Translations under genes and position numbers: made by a program
Notes under the pieces: generated by a model
Seen by the model: only the letters and a program-made list of their open reading frames with translations
Databases searched by the model: none
Told to the model about the DNA's origin: nothing
Source: an uncultured Bdellovibrionales bacterium
Lineage (GTDB): Bacteria > Patescibacteriota > Minisyncoccia > Moranbacterales > UBA1568
DNA: 64,000 bases
NCBI GenBank assembly: GCA_964597355.1
Contig: CAZQWS010000002.1
Location: 34,262 to 98,261 of the forward strand
Direction of reading: 5' to 3'
Shown: piece after piece, positions 29,784 through 38,310 of the stretch
Numbering within the stretch: the first letter of the stretch is position 1
How the letters are laid out: each line of letters opens with the position of its first letter

Positions 29784-30359
29784 ATGAACATTTATAGATT
29801 AGCTCTCGATTTCGATGATGTTGTCACTGAAACCGGTGACCTGGTTCGGAGATTATTCTTTGAACGAGGGATCGAACTCCCGAAACATGTCTACCGTTTC
29901 TCGGATTGGCAAAATCCATCTTTTTCGGAAGATGAGTTTCTTGGTATTGTCCGTAGTGCGGTGACATCGCTCGAGTGGACAGAACATGTGCAAGCTGTTC
30001 CTGGTGCCGTTGAAGGAATTCTTGATCTCCGTTCTCTAGGAATAGAAGCTAACGTTTTGACGGCAAGAGGTAAGTGGACAGGAGACCTTATCTTTGTGGA
30101 CCGTGTTCTCGAGCGTTTGGATCTCGCACATCTTTCTGTGGTAGGTACGGGTGGCCAACCGAAGGGCAATTTCATTGATGGTCATACGCTCGCTCTTGAT
30201 GATCGTGAAAACGAACTCTTGAGTATGCCCAGCCATGTCCATCGGTTGCTTTTCCGGCGACCGCACAACGAAGCATTTTGGCAGCAGCCAACCCATGGCA
30301 TCATCCCTGTCCGGGATTGGCCGCATGTAGTTGAGGTGATCCGAAACCTTGTCCGCTGA
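29784..30359 (+). CDS. HAD-superfamily 5'(3')-deoxyribonucleotidase-like protein
   Basis: ALDFDDV, PGAVE, LTAR, K, LDDR, RPHN, VRDW; SD AGGAG. Confidence 0.75.
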   Translation: MNIYRLALDFDDVVTETGDLVRRLFFERGIELPKHVYRFSDWQNPSFSEDEFLGIVRSAVTSLEWTEHVQAVPGAVEGILDLRSLGIEANVLTARGKWTGDLIFVDRVLERLDLAHLSVVGTGGQPKGNFIDGHTLALDDRENELLSMPSHVHRLLFRRPHNEAFWQQPTHGIIPVRDWPHVVEVIRNLVR

Positions 30360-30447
30360 GAGATGTATCCGTGATGGAAGAAGAGACTGTTGACGCAAGC
30401 GTGTTGGCAGTCTCAATTTTTTTATCATAAGTTGCTACTCACCAAAA

Positions 30448-30906
30448 CTACGGCCGTGGTTTTGGTGAGTAAGTGTGGGAGACAGTTGGAGGAATTGAAG
30501 GCTCACTCCCTCTTTTGATCTGGTTGATGATCTTAGTGAGTTCTGAAAAGAAAAAAGCCCGGAGTTTCGGGCGGGAAAATAGGGTCGGACGTTGCGATTT
30601 CGGTGGTGGATTGGGTGGCTGGGGCTTTTCGTTGATTAGCGCTTCCAGCCAGCTGACGAATTGCTCATTTCGTTCTATCCAGGGATGTGCAGCGATATAC
30701 CTTTCATAGGCATTTAGGTGCTTTCGCACGAGAGCCTGGGCATAGGGCCATTCGCCAACGTAGTAATTGGGATTGGCGAGCCGCCAGTTTCGGAGCGCTT
30801 CGCCTGTGTCACAGTACTCGCACGTTGCTTGGTGTACCCATTCTTCGTGTTCCCTCACGTAGCGCATGAAGAGACAAAGGAGGAGAAGACCGAGAACCAT
30901 GTCCAT
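30448..30906 (-). CDS. Orphan hypothetical protein (N-terminal hydrophobic segment, CxxC)
   Basis: SD AGAGG before ATG; the 3' part runs through a terminator-like hairpin, so the end is uncertain. Confidence 0.4.
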   Translation of the reverse strand: MDMVLGLLLLCLFMRYVREHEEWVHQATCEYCDTGEALRNWRLANPNYYVGEWPYAQALVRKHLNAYERYIAAHPWIERNEQFVSWLEALINEKPQPPNPPPKSQRPTLFSRPKLRAFFFSELTKIINQIKRGSEPSIPPTVSHTYSPKPRP

Positions 30907-30935
30907 GATAAACCTCTTTTAAAAGGGCGATTGAC

Positions 30936-31517
30936 CTACTTGTTTGCCAACTGGTTGATAACCTTTGGAATTTTTTTGAAATCCTCGATGAGTGTAGCAC
31001 GCATGGAGCCGTTGTAAAGAGCGGCCGCCGGATGATAGAGGGCGAAGAAAACTTGCTCACCGATATCATCAAACTTTCGGCGAAAAGCCTGGCCGTGGAC
31101 TTCAGAAATTTTCTTACCAGGAATGAAATGTTCGAGGGCGTGACGGCCGAGGGTGACAATGATTTTTGGTTGGATAGTTTTGATCTGCTCATGGAGCCAC
31201 GGCATGCAAGCATCGATTTCTTCCGGTTCGGGATCACGATTATTAGGCGGCCGATACTTGACCACATTGGTAATATAAATGTCTTCGCGTTTGAGATTGA
31301 TCGTGGTGAGCATTTCAGCGAGAAACTTTCCAGCCGCTCCGACAAAGGGTTTCCCTTGCTCGTCTTCGTTTTTGCCAGGCGCTTCACCGACAAACATGAT
31401 CTCAGCGTTGGCACTACCATCCCCTGGTACAGCTTGGATCGCTGTCTCGCGTAATTTACAAGGACACTCGAGGATCATCCGAGTATTGAGGAGTTGGAGT
31501 TGTGTTTCTTTGTCCAT
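30936..31517 (-). CDS. Uracil-DNA glycosylase family 4
   Basis: VGEAPG, PFVGAAG, YITNVVKYRPPNNRDP, LGR, YHPAA. Confidence 0.93.
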   Translation of the reverse strand: MDKETQLQLLNTRMILECPCKLRETAIQAVPGDGSANAEIMFVGEAPGKNEDEQGKPFVGAAGKFLAEMLTTINLKREDIYITNVVKYRPPNNRDPEPEEIDACMPWLHEQIKTIQPKIIVTLGRHALEHFIPGKKISEVHGQAFRRKFDDIGEQVFFALYHPAAALYNGSMRATLIEDFKKIPKVINQLANK

Positions 31518-31521
31518 AACT

Positions 31522-32490
31522 TTAGACAATACTCCATCCAAGTTCGTTTTCGACAATCTTTCCTTTTACTTCAAAGCCACTGGCCATCTTGTGTCCTCCC
31601 CCACCCATCTTGTGGGCGATCTCGGAGACATCGACACCGTAGTGTTCGGAAGCTCGCAAACTGCCGCGGACGGTTTCCTCATCTCGCTCGGAAAGAACCA
31701 GGGCGAACTTGGCTTCAGGAACGGTGGAAAGGATGGAGGCCACTTGATAAATATCATCCGGAGTAGCTTCACATTCAGTGATATCATACTGGGTCACAGC
31801 AGTTACGAGGAGGCCGCTCTCTGGCACAAAGCGAGCTTTTTCGAAGGCTTTGCCCCACAGTTTCATGGCAGAAATTTGTTTGTTGGTAAAAAGCGTGTTC
31901 GATATTTTGGCGAGGGGTGCGCCGAGTTTCATCAGGTGTGATGCGATGTCCATGACCTGAGGCGACACGCTTGAGTGCTGGAAGTTGCCAGTGTCAAAGA
32001 GAATGCCCGTAAGAAGGGCGGTAGCGATCGGTCGAGTAACTTTGGCCTGAATATGGTTCAAGAAAAGATAAACGATTTCACTCGACGAAGAATACTTCGG
32101 ATCAATCATTACCACGTCTCCTGTAAGAGAAATATCGGGGTGGTGATCAATGAGCGTTACGACTTGATTCTCGTTGACGCGATCAGTGAGAAGATGAAAC
32201 CCGCGATCGACTGAGTCTGCGGCGATGATAGCATCAAATTCATTCCAGTTAACTTGGTCTGGATGGTAGAATTCTGTTTTCTCAAAAAGCGAACGGAGTG
32301 GTTCTGGAAAAGGATCAAAGCAAACGATAGTTGCCTTTTTTCCGATAGATTCAAGGTAGCCCCGCATAGCCACATTGGCGCCAACCGTATCAGGATCGGG
32401 ACGTTTGTGAGCAACCAGGAGAAAATGCTCGCCATTTTCAATGACGTACTCTAATGTGCGAAATTCTTTACCAAAGTAGCGCATGTTCAT
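31522..32490 (-). CDS. nrnA: DHH/DHHA1 phosphoesterase (NrnA-like nanoRNase)
   Basis: HKRPDPD, IDHH, DTGNF, GGGGHKMASG; follows rbfA. Confidence 0.9.
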   Translation of the reverse strand: MNMRYFGKEFRTLEYVIENGEHFLLVAHKRPDPDTVGANVAMRGYLESIGKKATIVCFDPFPEPLRSLFEKTEFYHPDQVNWNEFDAIIAADSVDRGFHLLTDRVNENQVVTLIDHHPDISLTGDVVMIDPKYSSSSEIVYLFLNHIQAKVTRPIATALLTGILFDTGNFQHSSVSPQVMDIASHLMKLGAPLAKISNTLFTNKQISAMKLWGKAFEKARFVPESGLLVTAVTQYDITECEATPDDIYQVASILSTVPEAKFALVLSERDEETVRGSLRASEHYGVDVSEIAHKMGGGGHKMASGFEVKGKIVENELGWSIV

Positions 32491-32500
32491 TGAGTCAGAG

Positions 32501-32839
32501 TTATTCGGTGTGAATTTGTTTCAAAATTTTTTCAATTTCGTCGAGCCCACGATTGGTAACGTCGAGAGCGAAGCTGAGTTTGGGTAGCGGCCGTGTACCC
32601 ATGCGGCTATGGAGGGCTCGTTCCAGGGTTCCCCGCTCGTGGGAAAGAGTTTTGAGTACATACTGAGTCTCGCTTTCAGGGAAAGTGCTAATGAATACTT
32701 TGGTCGAGCGGAGGTTGGGAGCGGTATCTACCCTGACAATAGTGGCCAACACTCCTTGCTTCAGGGAGACCTCGCGTTCCAGAAGTTCTCCCATAAGGGA
32801 GTGAATCAGCTCATTGATTTTGATAATGCGTTCAGACAT
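32501..32839 (-). CDS. rbfA: Ribosome-binding factor A
   Basis: RIIKINELI, VDTAPNLRSTKVFIS, PKLSF. Confidence 0.88.
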   Translation of the reverse strand: MSERIIKINELIHSLMGELLEREVSLKQGVLATIVRVDTAPNLRSTKVFISTFPESETQYVLKTLSHERGTLERALHSRMGTRPLPKLSFALDVTNRGLDEIEKILKQIHTE

Positions 32840-32882
32840 AGTGGTGGATAACCTTGTATAAGTGACTAAAATGGCTTATTAG

Positions 32883-32954
32883 TGCCCCCACCAGGAATCG
32901 AACCCAGATCGTTCCCTTAGGACGGGACAGCTCTATCCATTGAGCTACAGGGGC
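32883..32954 (-). tRNA. tRNA-Arg(CCT)
   Basis: Reverse complement GCCCCTGTAGCTCAATGGATAGAGC...TCCC-GTCCTAA-GGGA...GGTTCGATTCC. Confidence 0.9.
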
Positions 32955-33127
32955 AAATAATATGACGGATTCACTGAGAGAGAGGGTCAGTCTAGCAAGG
33001 ATTCTCGTTTCGATCAACACTCATTATTCTATCTTACGTTCTTTCTCCCAAAACAAAAAATCCAGATCGAAAGGATTTGGAAGTTTGTTTGGATTGAGTA
33101 GTCCGTTAGCTAGCAGAGAATCAAATT

Positions 33128-33203
33128 TGGTGGACCATGCCGGATTCGAACCGGCCACCCCTTCCATGCCATGGAAGTGCTCTACCAAATGAGCTAATGG
33201 CCC
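33128..33203 (-). tRNA. tRNA-Ala(GGC), CCA encoded
   Basis: GGGCCAT/ATGGTCC with G3:U70; CTTCC-ATGGCAT-GGAAG. Confidence 0.94.
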
Positions 33204-33349
33204 AAAAATTCTAGTACTCTCTTATCATAGAGACTTTTTTCTATTCGTCAACGGTAAAAAGATGAAGAAGATATAAAGTGGCTTAAGTAAGCATTTTTTA
33301 TAGAATTTACCCTGTGATTGCTCGGCGAATGATGGTATACTGTGAAACT

Positions 33350-34687
33350 ATGTATACGCTGTTAAGAGAATTATTATGGGGAGAGAGAGCTTACCTTACT
33401 TATTGGTATGCTTTCTTGCTATCTTTCCCCTTCTCTTGGCGTAAAGTTATCTCCCCATCGGTTACAGGAGGGTCTTTTAACGAATACTTGGATCTTTCTC
33501 TTTATGTAGGAGACAGTCTCATTCTAGTAGCATTTATACTAATACTAAAACACGAAAATAGTAGAAAGTCAATATTAAGTAGTACTAAAATGTTCCACGT
33601 GGAACATTGGTTAGGAGTTATATTTGTTCTATACATCCTATGTTCATTTTTTTGGTCGGAAAATAAATGGCTCTGGATAGACGGAATTGTAAGCCTTATT
33701 CGTATTATTGCAATTCTCTCAATCTTTATTTTTACTTTTAAACTGGATAAAGAACAAGATGATTGTTCCACGTGGAACAATTTAAAGTATTTTACTTTTA
33801 TTATCGCACTCTCTCTTTTACTGCAGTCATTTGTAGGTATTTCACAATTTATACATAATCGATCGATTGGTCTTGGCGTCATTGGAGAGAGTAGTTTAAA
33901 TCAGTATACAGATGGGGTGGCAAAAATTGATTTTGATACATTTAAACAGATACGTGCTTACGGTACATTTCTGCATCCCAATGTGTTTTCTGGATATTTA
34001 GTTGTGAGTATACTGTTTGTTTTGACCTATTTACGTTTAAAAAGTGGAAAAATGTTCCACGTGGAACAATTTCTTCTCTACTTCAGTGTTTTATTGGCTA
34101 CATTAGGCCTAATTTTTACTTTTTCAAAGATTGCAATAGTTTCATTTTGTATAATGATAGGATGGTATTTGTTCCACGTGGAACAAATACATTTGAAAAA
34201 AATGTTCCACGTGGAACATTTATTTTTTTTAATGGCTTTAGTAGGGTTTTTGTTGGTCATGTTTATTTTAGGAAGAGATCAGATATTAAAGTCAATATAT
34301 GAAAGGCTTTTTATTTTTCATATACAACCAATACAGGGGGAAGAATTGCTTTTTGGTAAAGGAATGGGGCAGTCTGTCTATGCCTTGAGTGAAAATCACC
34401 CGAATTTAGAAAATTGGCAGTTGCAGCCAATCCATAATGTTTACCTTCTTATTATTTATGAAATTGGTTTATTCGGTTTTAGTATACTGTCTTATTTGAT
34501 ATTTGTGTATATACAAAATGTTCCACGTGGAACAAGTAGTCTTTTTTATGTTCCGATACTCATAATAGGAACTATCGCAATTTTTGATCACTACCTATGG
34601 GATATCTATGTTGGTCAGGTGTTGCTTGCTTTGGGATTTGGGTGGACTGTAGTAGGAGCATATATAGATATTGACAAAAATCAATAA
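33350..34687 (+). CDS. O-antigen ligase/Wzy_C-family membrane protein containing six parS sites
   Basis: Multi-TM; RAYGTFLHPN, TFSK, GKGMG, QPIHNVY, FDHY; start moved to ATG 33350. Confidence 0.82.
   Translation: MYTLLRELLWGERAYLTYWYAFLLSFPFSWRKVISPSVTGGSFNEYLDLSLYVGDSLILVAFILILKHENSRKSILSSTKMFHVEHWLGVIFVLYILCSFFWSENKWLWIDGIVSLIRIIAILSIFIFTFKLDKEQDDCSTWNNLKYFTFIIALSLLLQSFVGISQFIHNRSIGLGVIGESSLNQYTDGVAKIDFDTFKQIRAYGTFLHPNVFSGYLVVSILFVLTYLRLKSGKMFHVEQFLLYFSVLLATLGLIFTFSKIAIVSFCIMIGWYLFHVEQIHLKKMFHVEHLFFLMALVGFLLVMFILGRDQILKSIYERLFIFHIQPIQGEELLFGKGMGQSVYALSENHPNLENWQLQPIHNVYLLIIYEIGLFGFSILSYLIFVYIQNVPRGTSSLFYVPILIIGTIAIFDHYLWDIYVGQVLLALGFGWTVVGAYIDIDKNQ
33591..34534. repeat. parS: Cluster of six perfect parS palindromes TGTTCCACGTGGAACA
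   Basis: Copies at 33591, 33764, 34053, 34170, 34203 and 34519; match the widespread ParB/Spo0J site TGTTNCACGTGAAACA. Confidence 0.92.
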
Positions 34688-35007
34688 ATATTGCATTGAA
34701 TTATTATTTTCCATTAGATTGTTAGTGGCGAGGTTTCAATGGAGTAATCTTGAAGAAAGAGGAGTTGTGTTAATAAAGATGTCTTTGTTGGTACAACGTT
34801 AGAGTGAGAAGTTCTTTGGAAATATATTTTTTTAAAAAAGCTTTTAGATAGAGCATATATGGTTGAGGATTATGTGTATTTAAAAAATAAATAGTAGCAG
34901 AGCTTCTGATTGTAGAGAGCTTGGTATAATTAGCTAGAAAGAAAGAATCTATCTGAGCTATGGTACTCTGTTTAGTGTGATGATATACTGAATCTGTCCA
35001 AAACAAT

Positions 35008-35985
35008 ATGGGATTTTCGATCAAAACAAAAATTTGGAATGGAAGTTTTTTTGTTTTTCTTTTTATCACTCTTTTTTCGTTTGGTTTGGTGGTGATGGCT
35101 GATGAATCAGAAACTCTTACTGCGTACTTTGAGGATGCTGATCAGGATGGTCTCTCGGCTGAAGAGGAAAAAGCTTTTGGAACCGATCCAGCAAATAGCG
35201 ATACTGACGGAGATAGTTATTCGGATGGTGTAGAAATCGAAAGTGGTTATGATCCACTCAAGCCAGCTCCTGGAGATCGAATCACTCCTGAAGTGACTAC
35301 GGAATCTGAAACAGTCGGTCCTAACGTTGTTAATTTGACTGATATAGCTTCTGATGAGTTGGTTGCTTTGGTTGAGGAGAAACAAGCGTCCCAGGAAGAA
35401 CTGACCCCGGATGACTTGAATGCGGCAGTGGCGAAGGTACTGGAAAATGCCAATGAAGAGGTGGTGCTTCCAGAGGTGGGTGTTGATAAAATAAAAATAA
35501 AAGAGTTGTCTGATAAGCTCGAAGAAACAGAAAAGAAATTGAAACAGAAAGAAGATACGCTTGAGTATTTGACGACGATGAGTTATATACTCATGAGCAA
35601 TTCTCCGGTAACGATACGCTCCGAAGAAGATGTACCGGGACTTTTGACCAAAGGAGCGCAGGATCTTGTTGTTGCTTTGACAACAGGAAACTTTGCTATG
35701 TTTGAGGACATCAAAGCTAAAAGCGACAAAGTTTTGGAAGAGATTCAAGCCGTCGAAGTGCCGGAAAATATGATAGGGACGCATGTCAAAGCTATTCAAA
35801 TTGTCACTCTCGTCTTAACCCTTGGAGAGAAAATGAAAGCCGTAGATCCGACCAATGATCCTATTGGCCAGATGTTAGAGCTGTCTAAATTACAGGGGGC
35901 TTTATTTACGATGCAAAATTTCCTTGATGAATCAACTGAAAAAATGACAGAGATCGGTATTACTAATATCCCTCTCGACTTTTAG
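35008..35985 (+). CDS. Exported protein with TSP3-like Ca-binding repeats
   Basis: TM, then DADQDGLSAEEE..GTDP..SDTDGDSYSDGVEI..GYDP; acidic helical C-terminus. Confidence 0.7.
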   Translation: MGFSIKTKIWNGSFFVFLFITLFSFGLVVMADESETLTAYFEDADQDGLSAEEEKAFGTDPANSDTDGDSYSDGVEIESGYDPLKPAPGDRITPEVTTESETVGPNVVNLTDIASDELVALVEEKQASQEELTPDDLNAAVAKVLENANEEVVLPEVGVDKIKIKELSDKLEETEKKLKQKEDTLEYLTTMSYILMSNSPVTIRSEEDVPGLLTKGAQDLVVALTTGNFAMFEDIKAKSDKVLEEIQAVEVPENMIGTHVKAIQIVTLVLTLGEKMKAVDPTNDPIGQMLELSKLQGALFTMQNFLDESTEKMTEIGITNIPLDF

Positions 35986-35991
35986 CGTACT

Positions 35992-37050
35992 ATGGCACGT
36001 TTTCTTCTCTCCCAATATTGGCGCAAAAAAATAGCAGTAGTTTTTTTAGTAGGATTTCTCTTCGTGTCAGCCCCTCAGCCAGTCTATGCTTGGGATGCAG
36101 TTGTCGCAGCTTCCTTCCATCGGATGATTGACACACTCTGGGAAGCTATTCAAGGGCTCCTCAAAGGTATCGCTAAACGCTTAGCGGTGGAACTCGCGGT
36201 GCGCAAGGCGAATGAAGTGACTGGAGATGGACACAAGAATAGTCCAACCTTTATTACGGACTATAAACAATATCTCCAACAAGCTGTCTATCAAGAAACC
36301 ATGATTGTGGCCAATGATTTTCTCACGGAAACACTGGGAGCCAAATATTCAGGACTCGTGTATACCGTCGCGAGTGGCAACCTTCAGTCTCTGGGAAGAA
36401 ATTATGTCAGTTATTTGGCAGCCGAAGCCCAGGAGGGACTCCGTAGCCAGACATGTAAGTATAATTTGGATCAATACACGGTTGATCCACTGACCTCACT
36501 GCGTAATGGCAATTGGCGCGTATTCAATGCGGTGGTGTCCAACCCTTGCAACAACGCGGCTGGGTATAGTGCTGAAGTACGAAAGTTTTTCCAAGAAGAT
36601 TTGAAAAAAAGAGCTGAACGCGCCAAGGTTAAGGCGATTGCCAACCAAGGGTTTATTGGGTCTGAAAAGAATGGAATCATCACAGCGCCGGGTGTACTGA
36701 TTAAAGATTTGACTGCCAAAGTTAACGCACTACCGTACGATTTGATTGCTCCGGCTAATGAATGGACGGAAATATTAGCCGCAGCCGCGGGAGCCTTTGC
36801 TAATACAGTGATGAGTAATCTCGTGCAACGAGGGTTTGAAAGTGTGGCAAAAAAGGTGGATCGAGAATTGGGCAATGTCGATAGGAAAGTGACGGAAGCT
36901 CGCCAAGATATAGAAAAAGAGTTGGGTCCAGGAGCGTACTTCCTCCGTGCCGCTGCTCAACAGGGCGCCTCCATAGGGAGCACAAATACTCAACAGGGAA
37001 CGGTTAACTTCCCTACCGATGGAGGGGTGTACTGTAATGGCGGTTGTTAA
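35992..37050 (+). CDS. Secreted helical hypothetical protein
   Basis: Signal peptide ending VYA; long uninterrupted ORF directly after the previous gene. Confidence 0.6.
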   Translation: MARFLLSQYWRKKIAVVFLVGFLFVSAPQPVYAWDAVVAASFHRMIDTLWEAIQGLLKGIAKRLAVELAVRKANEVTGDGHKNSPTFITDYKQYLQQAVYQETMIVANDFLTETLGAKYSGLVYTVASGNLQSLGRNYVSYLAAEAQEGLRSQTCKYNLDQYTVDPLTSLRNGNWRVFNAVVSNPCNNAAGYSAEVRKFFQEDLKKRAERAKVKAIANQGFIGSEKNGIITAPGVLIKDLTAKVNALPYDLIAPANEWTEILAAAAGAFANTVMSNLVQRGFESVAKKVDRELGNVDRKVTEARQDIEKELGPGAYFLRAAAQQGASIGSTNTQQGTVNFPTDGGVYCNGGC

Positions 37051-37149
37051 GTTTGAGGAGACTATTTTAAAATAATATAAAAATACCTCACAAGAGCGAG
37101 GTATTTTTATATAGTGGACAATACTGGATTTGAACCAGCGACCTTCATT

Positions 37150-37275
37150 CAGCACCAAATGCCTTAATTTCTTGAGTGTGGGTCTGTCCAGATTCGAACT
37201 GGAGACCTCTACAATGTCAATGTAGCGCTCTAACCAACTGAGCTACAGACCCAAGTTGTAAGGCATTTGGTGCTG
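37150..37275. repeat. 17-bp perfect inverted repeat flanking the nested tRNA
   Basis: CAGCACCAAATGCCTTA 37150-37166 / TAAGGCATTTGGTGCTG 37259-37275. Confidence 0.93.
37179..37252 (-). tRNA. tRNA-Val(GAC), nested
   Basis: GGGTCTG/CAGACCC; CTACA-TTGACAT-TGTAG; TCCAG-TTCGAAT-CTGGA. Confidence 0.94.
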
Positions 37276-37389
37276 GATCAATGTGACGCTCTAACCAACT
37301 GAGCTAATTGTCCTTTATGGGTGTAAGTGATAGGGCAAACTACCAGCCTTGGGCTGATCCGTTTTTGGCAAAAGCTACAAGCCCTATAT

Positions 37390-38301
37390 TTATACTGATG
37401 GTGCCCCACTAGTGTTTTTCTCTCCCTCAATGATTTTCTTGGTAGTCTCGACTATTTTGATATGAGGAGTTGCAGCGAGAGCATGGAAGAAAAGGAGACG
37501 AAGTGTTTCTGTAATGAGAGTGGCCAATCCAAAAACAATAATACCTCCCAGTGCATTGGCAGTCACTTCTAGCCAGAAGAATGGGATGAGGACACTGGTG
37601 ATAATAGCGAGGTTTAAGAAAAAAGTAAAGAGTAAGGAAAGGGCAATAAGAAAAAGTCCAAATAGTAGAGAGAAAAGGAGGTGTTTTTGAAAGAGTTTTA
37701 ACCCGAGTTCGAGAGCGAGTCGGGGTTTGATCCCTGTGAGGAGGGAATAGAGGAGGCCAAATTCTTTCATATAGAAAAAGGTGAGAGCAATCACGAGAAG
37801 AAAAATGGTTCCCATCTGAAACAAGGAAGGAATAACCATCGGATTTACTTTTGAAGCGATGAGGATGGGTGAAAAAATAATGAGCCCCAATAGGGTGAGA
37901 GCGGCCCAGTATAGTGTTTCAAAGAGAAAAGAAAGACCAGCGGCGCGGAGAAGATGTTTTTGATGCGGATGGATTTCTTTTGGTGAATCAGGGAGTGTAT
38001 TGAGGATGGTCCTTTCAATGAAAAGAAAGAGTGGGCCACGTAGAAGAACTCGGAGAATGCCGATACAAAGAAGAGCTAGTATAAGAACCATGAAAGTAGT
38101 TTGGTGTTCCAAAAAAAACGCGAAGAAGTTTTCTGGAGAGGAGAAATTGTCTTGGGGAAGGGGGGTGAGATGTTTGCTTAGCTGGAGAGAAAGGAAGCCG
38201 AGTACCCCAAAGGGAAGACCTAACCAGAGAAGCAGTTTTGACCGAAAGATAAGCCAAACTGCTTCTTCGAGGAGATTGAAGAAGGAGACGGTGGTCCGCA
38301 T
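37390..38301 (-). CDS. Multi-pass membrane protein of unknown function
   Basis: About six hydrophobic segments; directly downstream of ftsH. Confidence 0.7.
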   Translation of the reverse strand: MRTTVSFFNLLEEAVWLIFRSKLLLWLGLPFGVLGFLSLQLSKHLTPLPQDNFSSPENFFAFFLEHQTTFMVLILALLCIGILRVLLRGPLFLFIERTILNTLPDSPKEIHPHQKHLLRAAGLSFLFETLYWAALTLLGLIIFSPILIASKVNPMVIPSLFQMGTIFLLVIALTFFYMKEFGLLYSLLTGIKPRLALELGLKLFQKHLLFSLLFGLFLIALSLLFTFFLNLAIITSVLIPFFWLEVTANALGGIIVFGLATLITETLRLLFFHALAATPHIKIVETTKKIIEGEKNTSGAPSV

Positions 38302-38310
38302 AGGAGTGGA

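Larger units (their letters stand above)
37115..37313 (-). pseudogene. Interrupted outer tRNA gene (Val-GAC-like; reads GAT across the junction) enclosing an inverted-repeat element and a second tRNA
   Basis: 5' part GGACAATTAGCTCAGTTGGTTAGAGCGTCACATTGA (37313-37278); 3' part TGAAGGTCGCTGGTTCAAATCCAGTATTGTCCA (37147-37115); perfect 7-bp acceptor stem. Confidence 0.8.

Noticed and set aside
24759-30906. Prophage or integrative element at tRNA-Gly
   Set aside because: No integrase or phage structural genes; the att-like repeat encloses only ~200 bp.
33591-34534. CRISPR array
   Set aside because: Repeats are only 16 bp, irregularly spaced (33-316 bp), inside an open ORF and match parS; no cas genes in the window.
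37148-37277. Group I intron in a tRNA
   Set aside because: Too short, fully accounted for by the inverted repeats and the inner tRNA, and lacks a catalytic core.
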